DNA from: Vicugna vicugna
Taxonomy: Eukaryota
DNA length: 64,000 bases
NCBI GenBank assembly: GCA_013265495.1
Contig: MU058781.1
Coordinates: 2,954,158-3,018,157 of the forward strand
Reading direction: 5' to 3'
The notes below the pieces were generated by a model that had not been told where the DNA came from, searched no databases, and was given only the letters and a program-made list of their open reading frames with translations. The translations under genes and the position numbers were made by a program. Of this stretch, positions 51,351-64,000 are shown piece by piece (the stretch's first letter is position 1; each line of letters begins with the position of its first letter).

Positions 51351-53959
51351 TGTTTGCTTATTTTTAATTGGTGCAAAGATTGTTTAGGTTTCATATGGGG
51401 AGGTGAATAAGGGATGGTGCTTAGTGAGGAAAGCAGGCTACATCTCCCCTCTTGGAAGCTCTAGTTTATTATGCAACTGTGAATACGTTTCTTACTTTCT
51501 ATTAAAACTTAAAAATAGCAGGTTAAAAAATACATTGTTTTAAGAGTAATCTGTAAATAACTACACCACTGAAGCACAGCTGTTTTCCTTTTTTGTATAT
51601 ATTCTTCTTCATGCAAAGATATTTTCTATATAGTTAATAATTACAACAATGTATGCATCAATATTTTTCAATTTTTTCCTGATTATATGCTAAATCAGAG
51701 GAAACTGGGATCCTGGCTTGGGTGGCAGTCCAAGAGTCCTTTTTATTTCCAATCTTCTGATGAGATTACTCAAAAAGTTTGACAAATGACATCTACTTCT
51801 AGAAACATGAGAGTTGGCCCCACACAGCTGGACCTTGGGTTCCGCAGAGATGGTGCAGTGCCTGGCTCTGGATGGGGAGGCATCTCTGCATTATTGTGTA
51901 CAATGCTAGTGGAGAGATGGAGAAGGAGGTAACAAACCATAAGGAAATCTGCACCATGAAGGGCTGGGACAAGTGCATTTCTACTTGATATAGGCTAAAG
52001 GCAAATGGGTTTAAACATGACTATTAATATTATTAAGATAGTCACTAGAAAGAGAGAAAGACGTATAGTAAAGCTTTCCATTTGTTAAATATTCACTTCT
52101 AGATTCTAAGCTTGAATATCTCTATATGTTTATGAGCCGTTTTTCCTGTGTATTTCATGACTTGTGCTGATTTTTTCTATTGAGTTATAGTTGGTCTTGA
52201 GTTATAATTTTCTATTGAGTTATGAAGATGTTAATCCTTTTCTGCTCCACTCTATTATGTTTCATATTTATAAAAGTTTTCATTTTATATAGTCAAATAT
52301 TCTAGTATTATCATTTGTTATTATTTCTGTTCTTTTCAAAGATTGAAAGTTTTCCCCACCTAAATACTTATTAAATAGTCACATAAAATTTTCTCCTGTT
52401 TTTGATGGTTCCATTTTTTAGATTCATTTTTAAAGTCCATGTGGCATTTGTTATATAGAATAAAATAAGGGCATCAACAGAATAATGGTATATGTCTCAT
52501 AGTATACTAAAAAATATAGAAATGAAGATCATTAGCATATATTTTCAGTACCGTTGAGCTATTTCCTTATGATAAATTCTTAGTATCACTAGGTCAAACT
52601 TGTCTTCGGCTTTTAGCTATATTCCTTTTTAAAAGGATTATATTAACCGAAACTAATAATGAATGTTGTTGGCAGTTAGCTCTATAAGACGGTTTCACAC
52701 ACCATACCCCCCACCTTCAGAAATGTCCTGCCACAGATGAGTATTATATGGTTTGTGGGAACAAAAACTGTTTTGATAGGGTCTTGATATTATATGAAAT
52801 ACTCTATGTATCAGTTTCCTGATGGGAGCAACACAAAATTAACAGAAAGCATGAACTCATGTCTCCGGGGCTCTACAAATGCTACATAAGTCTAAATTTT
52901 GTGAACAGAACAGTGATAAGTTAAAAGAGGTAACTAGTAAAATGAGTTTAATAATATGGAAAATACTAGAAACATAAATTAGAAAAGCAGGATGCTATGT
53001 TAATGAAAATACAAATGATAAAAATATACATAGACATACATATTAGAAAGATAACAAGGTAATGAGTGTTGCCACATCGGACAACTCAAGGGGGCACAAT
53101 TCACACTGAATTCTGTGTAAATGGTGTATCTGGGTGGTTGCAAAACTGTGGAACTGCAAGTAAGACATTCATTGAAATTGAAACATTGCTTTTGGACAAC
53201 AGGATTAAGGGTAATCTTCACTTTTTCTGTATACTGGTCTGTATTTTCAACTTCATTTGAAAACAAAGTTCTAGCACTTTAAATATATTTGAAAGCTACT
53301 TATCTAATCATGGCATTTTATAATCCCAAAGAAAGTATGAACAGAGAGCATTTGAATTGGAAAATACACCTAAGCCACTGTTATGTTTGACAATTAAGTC
53401 TGAAATTTAAATACTGACAGGATAAACAAATTGAGCCATTGGGTCATATATTCATCAGTTATTCACATTATCATATATTAAATGTCTATTTCAGGAACTG
53501 TACCAGGTGAGCAAAAGCAACCACATTCACTCACAACTATAAGATAATAGCACATAATAAAGTGCAATACAACATGCAATAGGAGTATAATTGATTTTAG
53601 AGCTGGTCCTGCCACATAGTAAGTGCCCAATAAATATGTATAAATGAATGATGGATGATGAATGAATAGACATTATACCAGCTCAGATGTCAAAGCAAAA
53701 GTGACATTTGGGTCTCATCCAGTTTATTTTATCCACCAAGAATGGGCTTGAGAGAAGGAGGATGATAGGAAATTTACTCAAACACTGGAATCAAGCATAA
53801 ATTTCACACAAGAGAGACAAGACAGTACATCAGACATGCTGTAAAGATGTGTTTAGATTTATGACTGTAATAATTGGATGACACCTAAAAGCCAACCATA
53901 TATCTTATAGACAATTCTTAATATAAGCCATCTAAAAGGCAAGTATCTAGTGAATACTG

Positions 53960-54460
53960 TGATGCTTTACTCATTCATTCTATAGACAGTATTATGTCTG
54001 AGGCTCTGAGTTAGAAATTGAGGATAAAGTAAGAATGAAATAGTCCTTATCTCAAAAGCTCACAGCCTAGAATGAAATACTTGATATCATCATCATCATC
54101 ATCATCACCACAAAACAGTGCATATGCACAACAGAAACATGGACTAGTATTATAGGAATATCAGAGAGGGAAACATAAGTAGGATGTTAATTCAGTCCTT
54201 AGGAACTGGTGTGTGGAAGGATGAAAGAAAGTTACTCAGGGAGAGAAGGATACACGGGGCAGAAGATGAACAACTACAAGGACAAAGAGGCATGAGGAAG
54301 CAATGTGCCTTTAGAAACCAGCAGTTTTGATCTGACTAGAAAGGGTGATGTTTGTGGAGATGCAATGACATGGGGCAGCTGCTGAAAGGAAAAAGTCTAG
54401 AAGTCCTGTGTGTCATACTAGGAAATTTGAACTGCATCCTGAAGAAAGAAGGAATCACCA
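53960..54460 (-). mobile_element. L2 fragment containing a short (ATC)n tract
   Basis: actcattcattc...ccttatctcaaaagctcacagcctag. Confidence 0.6.
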
Positions 54461-55399
54461 AAGATCATAGTTCCTAGGCAGGACCAAAACCTTCCTGTTT
54501 TGAAGGTTGTAGGCTGATATTAATTTGGGACTGTTTAAGACAGAAGATTCTGAAAAGAAACACATTTTGAATGACCTAAGTTTACATTTACAAGCTGTGT
54601 ATAAAAGACAGATTGACCCAGCAAAGATGATCTGTTATTGAATTTTTGCATGCAAAATATTTATTTCAACCACTTACTGAAATGCTTGGAACTTTGCTGC
54701 TTCTTTTCCCTGAAATGTTTGGTATGAACACCCTTCTCTGAATTTTTAAACTTTTTTTTTTTCTGTTGATGTGTTAACTGCCACTTTTCCTGATAGTCTC
54801 TTTCAGGATCAAATCCAAGTGGTCCCTCTCCAGGTGCCAGGAGATAATTTTCTAGGAGAGTAGTACGTAGAAGCCCATGTAGTTTGAATCAATGCCAGTG
54901 AGCAGTGTAAAAACTAACATCAGGTTCTGAAAGACACCTAGGCAATAAGGAGAGACTGACATACTTCAATTATATGAGAATCTCTCACCCTCTCCACAGT
55001 AGTGATATGAATGATGTTTAAAGTTTGGGTTTGTGTTAGGTCCATAATTCCTTAACAAAGAGACTTTGTCTGATTATAGTTTTCTCAGCATCTGAAGAAT
55101 TATACTAGTTTCTATTTAGAAAGCCATTAGTAATGACAATTTCTACCCTTTCTTGCAAAGCATCTCTTATGTGAATTCTGTGTACCCACTTATTGGCAAA
55201 TTTTTAGCTTCCCAAAAGAGTTATTATATTGAATTTGATTTCATATACTTGAAATTTGTTGAATGTATTCAAACAATTGTTGTTTCCCAACCTTTTGGAT
55301 AAAAACATTTCTTTACAGAGATGAGGAAAGCCCATTCTAGGTTTGAAAAACAACATTTTCAGTGGCCCTCAGAGATAAGAGTGTACAGAAAACTTCAGA

Positions 55400-56300
55400 A
55401 GACCATGTGGCTACAATATCTGGTACATGTGAGAAGCGAAGCTCGAGCAGAAGGTGGTTTTGTTTACTGTGGCAAGAAAGGCGTGACAGACATCCCGTAG
55501 GCTGGATGCGTGTTAGTAAAGTATTTCAGACAAGTGAATGACATGCTCAATTTGAATTTTAAGGATTCCTTCTAGCGTCATTGAGGGGAATGAATTGAGG
55601 GGGACATGACTTGGATCCCAGAGACCATTAGAAACCTGTTCAAATAACTGAAGCAAAAAAGGTGAGGCAGTGGGAACAGAAGATATAAAAGATATTTGTG
55701 AGGAGAAAAAATTGATTAGACTGAATGAATGGCTAGATCTTGATGGATGGAGAAAATTCAGGAATTTAGGGTGCCTCTCAGCTTTCTGGATGAGATACCC
55801 TGGATGATGATGTGCCCTTTCCAAAAAGAAGGATACAGGAGAGAGAGTAGCTCAGGAAGACATAGTGATCACCACTGAAATTTATTCAGTGCTTACTCAC
55901 CATTTGTCGTGCCAGACTCTTCGCATTATCATACATCAAAGGTGAGTTCTATTTTATACATGATGAATTTGAGAGGTCTGTGACTCTCCAGGAAAGCATC
56001 CTCACCAGCAGCACCATGAGGATATGAGTCTGCGGCTGAGGAGAGCTAGCTGGTTTGGAGACAAAAATTTGAGAATCATGGAGATAATAACAGCTAACAT
56101 TCATTGAATGTTTGCCACATGCCTGGTACTCTTCTAAGCACTTCATGTGTGTCACCCACTTAATTCTCAAAACATCCATGTGAGATCAGAACTATCACTA
56201 ATTCTTCTTATAAAAAAAGAAAAAAGTCTAACAAGAAATGTTAGTTGACTTGCCCAAGGCCACAGAACTAGGAAATGGCTGAGCCAAAATCTGAATCAGA
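55400..56300 (-). mobile_element. L2 fragments followed by MIR (56085-56300)
   Basis: tttgagaggtctgtga; taataacagctaacattcattgaatg...gacttgcccaaggccacag. Confidence 0.7.
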
Positions 56301-57237
56301 GAGCACATTCCTAGTTCCTAAACCTTGAGATTGAAGACCCAAAGAAAGCTGCTAAGGTGAGAACCTTGAACTGCACTTGAGTGCCTTTGAAAATAAATTC
56401 ATGCTATTGCATTTTTCTAGCAATGTACTGCAACCCAGGGAGCAAATGTCCTGTGCTGTAGGGAATTTAGGTTAAAAAAAACTGGGTTTGAAATGCTCCT
56501 TTGTGTGATTTTAGGCAATTAATTTTATCTCTGAGCTTCAATTTTTTTCAAGCTGTCAAAGTTTCATCTATCAACCACCTAAAAGGATTTTTCCAAAAAC
56601 GAAATAAAATGGATTTATTTGAAAGTGAAGCACATAGTAAGCACTCACTAAAAGTCTATCATACATTCAACTCTCTTCGATCTGCAGTAGCCAATTCACT
56701 TCTAAAAGTAGCCACCTTCACAAAATACCAGGGAACAGACGGGGTGTGGGGTGAATACTACAGAATAGGCTCCCTTTCCATCTTCTTTGTAAAATTAACA
56801 TGTTCAGGTGAGAAGAGCAATCATGTTTGTATCTACCCTATTACAAGACCTGGAGTGAGCAGGTAATTATGCCTATGTTCTAAGTTAAAGAGAATTACTG
56901 AATAATACAGCTTCTCAGACCAGTGTTCTGTGTCCTTAAGCTGACATAATAATTTCTTTAAAATATTGCACCAGATATTAAACCATCTGTGGCTATTTTG
57001 CATTCCCAGTATTATTGCTGTCTTTCAATTTTGAAAACCTTGAGCTTTATGACTTTATAGATTTTCTCGATTTTAAGTGCAATTTTATTTTATCTTCACA
57101 ATAATATATTTTACCTAGATGCCCAAATCTAATTGTTTTTATTGAATGTTTAAGCTCCTTGAGGATAGTGTCCTGCAATTCTCTCATACCATACATAGGT
57201 ACCCAGGATAATTTGGAGAATTTAACAAGTAGCTATT

Positions 57238-57375
57238 GGGGAAGGTGTATAGCTCAAGTAGTAGAGTGAGTGCTTGGCACGTATGAGGTCCTGGGTTCAA
57301 TCCCCAGTACCTCCTCTAAGAATAAATAAGTAAACCTAATTACCTCCCCCCACCAAAAAAAATGTGATTTTAAAA
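57238..57375 (+). mobile_element. Vic-1-type camelid tRNA-derived SINE
   Basis: ggggaaggtgtatagctcaagtagtagag (A box) ... ggttcaatcccc (B box) ... aaacctaattacctcccccc plus A tail; TSD caagYagctatt. Confidence 0.85.
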
Positions 57376-58954
57376 AACCAAGCAGCTATTGATACAAAAA
57401 TACAGACATTCTGTAAAGCATTTCATAGAGAATCATTCTGCTGGTAGGTCACTTTTGAGATTACTGCAACACTTCCATTACAGCGTGACTTGGACATTTG
57501 GAAAAATCTTACCACAATCAGTGCATAATGCATTCTGAGAAAATTAAGGACTCCTAAACTTTTGAGATGTCCTGACTTCTTGATCCCTCCCTCTCCCCCA
57601 AACTAACATAAAAAAAAAGTTTTATCCTGTCTCTGCTAAGTTTAAGAAAGTGTTGTGTAAGTTTCCTAATTGAAACTCTTGCAAGCTAAGTGCTTAATAA
57701 GAACTCAAAGATTTCTTAAAGAATATGCTATCTTTTATGTCATCAGTGATACCTTCCAGAAATTACCTTCACACCATCCTGCTGCACAGCAATTAAGGCT
57801 TCTATTATTAATACATTTCTAGCATTATGCTCTCATTATTTTTTCTAAAAACCCTGTTCTATTTGATTGAATTTAGATTTCTGCTTACCCTTAAGACATC
57901 TTAGCATGATGATTCTTTCCTAGTTACACATTAGAATTACCTGAGGGCTTTTAATTAAACGTAATTACCTCCCCCCACCAAAAAAAAAGTGTAATTAAAA
58001 AAACAAGCAGCTGTTGATGCTTAAGTACAGACATTCTATAAAGCATTTCATAGAGAATCTTTCTGCTAGTAGGTCATTTTTGAGATTACTGCAACACTTC
58101 CATTATAGCATGACTTGGGCATTTGGAAAAATCTTATCACAATCAGTGCATAATGCATTCTGAGGTAATTAAGAATTCCTAAATTTTTGAGATCTCTTTC
58201 TACATAGTTGGAGCTAGCCTGCCAATAGATAAGCTATATGCTTGACAAAATTTGCAGAACTATTTAAAAATACATGGCTTCAGTCTTTCTCCATTCTTGG
58301 AATTGGGCATCATCCATCTGATTAAATTATAACCCAATATAAGTAGTGCTTTAGAATCATTCAATACTTCCTTCTCCCCTACTTGATTTCCAAGGCAGAG
58401 GCATAAAACTCAGACCCTACTCTATAATTTAGGTATTAATCTTTGACTCATCCTTGACATTCTACTTACACCTACACAAAGTCTTTCAGTCTTACAAAAT
58501 GCCAACATTTCAAGGTTTAGCAAATTGAGGCATATAGCTCTTTACCGCCAAGAGAAAAATCTCTCTCCTTCTCCTGACTTCTTGCTCCCTCCCTCTCTCC
58601 CAAACTACTTTAACATAAAACAAGGTTTTATTCTGTCCCTGCTAAGTTTAAGAAAGTGTTGTGTAAGTTTCCTAAGTTAATTGAAACTTACAAGTTAAGC
58701 GATTAATAAGAACTAAAAGGTTTCTTAAAGAATATGCCATCTTTTATGTCATCAGTGATACATTCCAGAAATTACCTTCACACCATCCTGCTGCACAGAA
58801 CTAAGGCTTCTATTATTAATACATTCCTAGCATTATGCTCTCATTATTTTTTAAAAAATCCTATTGTATTTGATTGAATTTAGATTTCTGCTTCCCCTTA
58901 AACATGATGATTCTTTTCCCTAGTTATACATTAGAATCACCTGGGTGCTTTTAA
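57331..58954 (+). repeat. diverged tandem duplication: copy A 57331-57954, copy B about 57955-58954
   Basis: Long shared blocks (e.g. gagattactgcaacacttccatta; ttccagaaattaccttcacaccatcctgctgcacag); B has an extra 58194-58571 segment. Confidence 0.95.
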
Positions 58955-59080
58955 AATACTAATGCTCGAGTCTTATCCCAGAACAAATAAATCAGAATCT
59001 CAAGGGGGTAAAGTCTGAGCTTCAGAATATTTTTAAAGTTAGGAAGGTACTTTCAGTGTGTGCCAGGGTTTAGACTACTG
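58905..59080. mobile_element. MER5A-like DNA transposon
   Basis: cattagaatcacctggg...aaatcagaatctc...gccagggtttagactactg. Confidence 0.75.
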
Positions 59081-62000
59081 TTTTAGCAATTCAGGGGATA
59101 CTTTGGTTGGGTTTGGCCAGGTCTGCCAATTGACTTCTACGCATGACCCATGACCTGTGTGATGGCAATACCCTGGTCAACTGTAACGTATGAAGCGGGC
59201 TTTTAAAATTTAATGTCCATGGAGCTCACATGGGAATCTAAGTAAAATGTAGATTCCAGTGCAGTACTGGGATGAGGCCTGATTCTGCATTTCTAACAAG
59301 CTGCCAGGTGTTAGGCTGCTCTGTGGAACACTTTATCTCCTAAGTGAACCCACTCTGTTTTCACCGCTTCAGCTTCTAAGTATGCTGATTGAGAATCCAT
59401 ATCTATAGGTGAGACCTCTCCCTTTAGGCTCATGTTTCTTTTTCCATTTTAAACACCTCCTCTTGAATGTTTCTGAGACATTTGAAATTCAAAGTGCCTC
59501 CAACTGAATTCCACTGTCGTTAACTCAAGCCCTCATCAGAGTTTGCTTGGACTTTTTTTTTTTTTTTTCCGCCTCTTAGCAAGATTCCCTGCCTCTAGTC
59601 TAAGCATAAAGCCAGAATAGGGTCTCCTTCATGATGTGACTCCTGCTTACCTCTACATCCTCTGCCGAGATCTGAACTTGTTCTCTGGAGGAGTCTCTTC
59701 ATTTCTTTATTCTGCCTGAAATAAGCTTGGCTCCTCCTTGCTTCCATGCCTTTCTCAGGCTGACCCCTCTGCCTTAAGACCTTCTTCTCCACTCTACTTT
59801 CCCTCTTCCCTGCTGCTCAGCAGTTAACTTGGGGAAAACAACAGTTGCTCTTAAACCCTCTCTAAAGCCCAAGATGAGTTGGTCAAATTCCCTCTTCCAG
59901 GTCTCTGCTAAATCACTTTGAACTTTGAATTGCAACTATTGCTTTAGGACATTTTCTTTATTGAACCGAGAGCCGCCCACCACCTCTGCCCTAGGAGAAA
60001 AAACTCTGATGTCTCTTTGTCTCTCTTTGTTGTTGTTATTTAAGCACAAATCCTTTTGAATCAACCAAAGAAATCGCAAACTGAATAGGTAGCACTAAAT
60101 GGTCAGTAATGTTGCCTTCTTTGACTCTCTGAAAGAATTCAGGCTTTATTTGTTTCATTCTCTTGTTCAATGAACGTTTATTTGTTTAAACTCAAATGGA
60201 TTGCTTAGCTGCCCTAGAGAGCAACAGAATTAGGAGATGTCAATTTAGCGAATAGAAAAAACAAATACTCGCACTTAGGATGAATTCAAATGCATAAATG
60301 GTGGTTTTTATTAAGTAATGTGGTTACCTATCTTTGGATCTTTCATTCCATAGTTAGCCCCAGATAAAAGTGCCATGCTTAGCATCACAAAAGCAACTCA
60401 AGATCTGTCAAAAAAGGTGAGGCAGCTTCAAGGGTATTTTTATTGTATCGTGCTTTACATGGCTTTTCAGCCCTCACAGTTTGAACAAAGCCAAATTTCC
60501 AAGCTAAATTCTGTAAGTGGAAATCAGAGGCTATGGTTAAGTGAACAGAAATAGAATTGACAACCTAAATGCGTCAACATTCATGGAAAGTGACATCAGC
60601 AGGTTTGCTGTGCAATTGCTTTCTTTTTTTTTTTAATGTGAGTAGGTGTTTAAAACTTTTAAATGTTTAGAAAGTGTTCTCTTCAGCTTATTTTTCTTTA
60701 TGTAATTTTTTTTAACAAGAAAGGAGTTCTTTGCAAGGATTAGAAGACCTGTTGGTACCAGTGAATGTAAAATCATGTATATGGCTAAAAACAGGGGCAT
60801 CAAAAAATACTATGTGCATGTCTCTATTACAGAACATTCATGTTAATCATATTTTGAGTCTGTTCACTACAGTAGGCTGTGAATTATTTGAATGCAGGGA
60901 TTTTATCTTCAATCATTTCTGAATGTTAAGCACCTCACCAGTGCCTGATGCTTTTACAGACCAACAGTGATCCAATACCAATAATTTCATATTGTTAAAC
61001 CTAATAATTGTTCAATATTTAATAACTGAATACTCAGTCAATTACTTCACATTGATATTCACTTAACAGGGTTGGACTTTTTAAAAGGAAAGTCAGCATT
61101 TATTCCATGAATTTCATGTGTTACAATGTTTATGAAACGACAAAATTACCAACTATTCGATTGCTCCCTTGATCCAATGGGGATTTTCCCAGTTTTTAAA
61201 GACATAAACAGTTCAGCCCTAATAGAGACCAAATAAGACCTTTGTGCCTCGTCATATTCTGATACGTTAATTAAAATTTTATAGACCCTTTGAATTTGAG
61301 AATATTTGTTCCTAGGAACAAGTTTTCATTCGGTGTGTACATGTTTGTGAGGGCTGGATGGATAGACAGATAGATAGATAAAAGGTTTTCTCAACAGTTC
61401 TTAAGAGTAGATGAAAAGCTAAAATGGAAAAACTGAACTCTGGAAGATGTAAAATGTTCTTCCATGAATGTTTTATGTTTAAGTGAGCTTTTGGGGAAGA
61501 TACCTCCTCCTGATGACAATTTAGAGAAATTCAGACCAGCCAGTCGCTGAAGGATACCAGAGTCAAAATGAAACAGGATAGAGCCATGTTTCTGTTAATT
61601 TCATTGCCCAAGTGATGATATGAGAAATCTTTTACACCATTTAACAATCTATTTCAACAATTGCTCATTCTGTGAAATGAGATAACCACATAACCATTCC
61701 AAAGGACCATTTTTTACTTTTTGAGGTATGTTTATATCCCACTTCAATGATGTTTTGGCTTTGAAAACACCGTGAGTTAGCCAATAATCTTAAAAATATA
61801 CCTTCCTTGATATATTTACCTCTTTTAAGACCAGCTTACTTCTTGCATTGTTGAAATGACTTTCTGCTATGAAAACTAATTACAGCAAGAACTGCTGCTT
61901 GTCTGATGTAGTAGTCTCACAATTGGTTATACATGTTTAAGAGTAAAAGATGTGGTATAATCCCTTCTGAGCAGTGAAAATACTGTTGTACCAGATTAAG

Positions 62001-62129
62001 TCTCTAGAACTCAGCCTTTCAATCTCCCAGAATATTAACTAAAAGGAATAAGATACAAAAATAGAGATTAAAATCAATTATGGTATTAAATCTTCTTTCA
62101 ATTAACAAAATAACCTTTTTTTTTTTTGC

Positions 62130-62755
62130 ACTCTTGGTGGGAATATGAAACGGTGCAGCCATTGTGGAAAACAGTATGACAGTTCCTCAAAAAATTAAAA
62201 ACAGAGTTACCATATGACCCAGCAATTTCACTTCTGGGCATAAGCCCTAAAGCAGGATCTTAAAGAGATATCTGTGCACCCTCTTTCTTAGCAGCGTTAT
62301 TCACAATGGCCAAATGGTAGAAGCGGCCTGTGTGTCCATCAATGAATGAATGGATAAACAAAATGTTACATATGTACAGAAGTATATTATTTACTAAATT
62401 AAAAAGGAAGGAAATTCTGATACATGCTATAACATGGATGAACCTTGGAGTCATTATGCTAAATGAAATAAGCCTGTCACAAAAACACAAATACTGCAGA
62501 TTCCCCTTACACGAAGTAGCTAGAATAGTCAGAATTCATAGAGACAGAAAGTAGAATGGAACTAGGGGATAGGGGAGAGGGAGCTATTATTTAGTGGGTA
62601 CAGAGTTTCAGTTTTGTAAAATGAAAGCTTTGGAGGTAGATGGTGGTGATGGTTTCACAGCAGTGCAAACGTATGTAATACCACTGAACCATGCACTTTA
62701 AAATTGTTAAAATGGTAAATTTCATGTTATACATATTGTATTATAATTAATATTT
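62130..62755 (+). mobile_element. L1MA/MB 3' end
   Basis: ttggtgggaatatgaaacggtgcagcc...catatgacccagcaattt...aaaatggtaaatttcatgtta. Confidence 0.9.
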
Positions 62756-62899
62756 AATTAAAAAGAGCATCACTAAGAAGGCACTATCCATTGTTCTGAT
62801 ATTTGAAGTCAACGTGGACACACAAATCAGCAAGTGGCAGCACAGTGACTATTCTAAATCAAACACAGTATGAAGGCAATGATACCATACTGGGCGTGG

Positions 62900-63080
62900 C
62901 GCCAAAGGTCCAGGCTTTTGCTTGGGCTCTGTGACTTACCAGCTTAAACAAGTCAATTTAGTTCTCTAGGCTTTGGGTCTCATCCCTCTGTAAAATTAAG
63001 TAATTATCCCACCCCTGATTTCCATGTAATGCTGTCATGAAAATCAAGTGATGATTCTTAAACTGAAACATGCTATGTCA
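62900..63080 (+). mobile_element. MIR SINE
   Basis: ggctctgtgacttaccagc...ctcatccctctgtaaaat. Confidence 0.6.
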
Positions 63081-63469
63081 AGTTGGGAGATGGATAAGGT
63101 CTGTACCAGGAGACTCTACCTTTTAATAAACAAGGGAGGTTTAAGGTGGAGAATCTGAAGAAGGCCTAATGGACACTCCTTTCCCCTCTTAGCTGACTGG
63201 CTATACAGACAAATCTACCTTAAATCTATCTTGGTTTCACCGCTTAATAACCTGTGTATTGTGTGACTATAGGCAAGTTATCTGATCTCTTTGCACTTTG
63301 GTTTTTTCATCTGTTACATGGGGATATTGATCAGTAAAAACCTCCGGGGGAAGGGGATGTGAGAGGTGGATCATGGTGCTTCAAACACTTCACCTTGCTG
63401 CCAACACGTTCATCACTAGAAACACAGCCTTTGTAACTACCCTATGTCAGTGCTCCTCAATTTCCTGAG

Positions 63470-63592
63470 GAAATTGTTAAAATTCAGATTCTGAAACAGT
63501 CAGTCTGGAGTAGAGCCCAAGATTCTACCGTTCCCAGGGGCCCAGGTGCTGCAGATGCTGCTCGTTCATGGACACTCTTTGAGCAGCAAGAG
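63470..63592. mobile_element. MER5A-like fragment
   Basis: ttgttaaaattcagattctgaaacagtcagtctgg...gatgctgctcgttcatggacactctttgagcagcaag. Confidence 0.7.
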
Positions 63593-64000
63593 TCATCGTG
63601 TGCCTCACTTCTAAATATTCTGGTCTCCCTTTACTGAAAGAAAGACAAAGCCAGAAAGCTTTCATCAGATCCCAATTCTGTTGACTTCAGCTCTGGAAAT
63701 TCTAGACTTCTTGAGCAGTAAGATACCTGGAGACTTAGAGACTAAATTGTTTAACATCTTTGTCTTACAAGAGAGGGAAAGGAAAGCCCAGAGCTGGTAA
63801 GTACCACATCTCACATCGCAGACCAACATATCTGGGAATCAACATCTGGGTTTTCCAGCTTGCAGTCCTTAAACTTACCTGGAATACAGTGACTGAGGAC
63901 AGGGTCTTAACCCAACACCCCCACCCCAAACGGACATCCTAAAGGATTGAGGAAGCATGGGGGACAGAGGGACTATGGTGGGCCTCTAGAGAGAAGCAAA

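Noticed and set aside
57238..57312. tRNA-like A and B boxes
   Set aside because: Followed by a SINE body, A tail and TSD; it is a tRNA-derived SINE, not a tRNA gene.
1..64000. Prokaryote-style systems (CRISPR arrays, operons, defence islands)
   Set aside because: The sequence is mammalian; no regularly spaced repeat-spacer array or gene-dense region is present.

Overview
AT-rich mammalian genomic DNA, almost certainly from a camelid (a Vic-1-type tRNA-derived SINE at 57.2 kb and camelid/artiodactyl-type L1 3' ends), from a draft assembly with one 508-N gap. I see no intact protein-coding gene. Most ORF-track entries are noise or L1 ORF2 fragments. Much of the window is transposon relics (L1, L2, MIR, MLT1, MER21, MER53, MADE2, MER5A, MER20). 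The main result is in the first 25 kb: manual splice-site and phase chaining recovers two convergent, intron-containing fossil genes that I cannot assign to a known family. (1) A + strand gene whose last six exons (78-7526) join without frameshift into about 230 codons with 5 nonsense codons. (2) A - strand gene of about 14 exons (about 24.8 kb down to 8347; roughly 1000 codons) with many stops, some frameshifts, and two ancient transposons (MER53, MLT1) apparently inside coding exons. Also present: an orphan CpG-rich patch built from an LTR plus L2 (39.7-40.3 kb), a GATA/E-box cluster (42-43.6 kb), a tiny retrocopy with target-site duplication (TSD), and a tandem duplication postdating the SINE (57.3-59.0 kb). 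Repeat family names are from recalled consensus sequences, not from a search.
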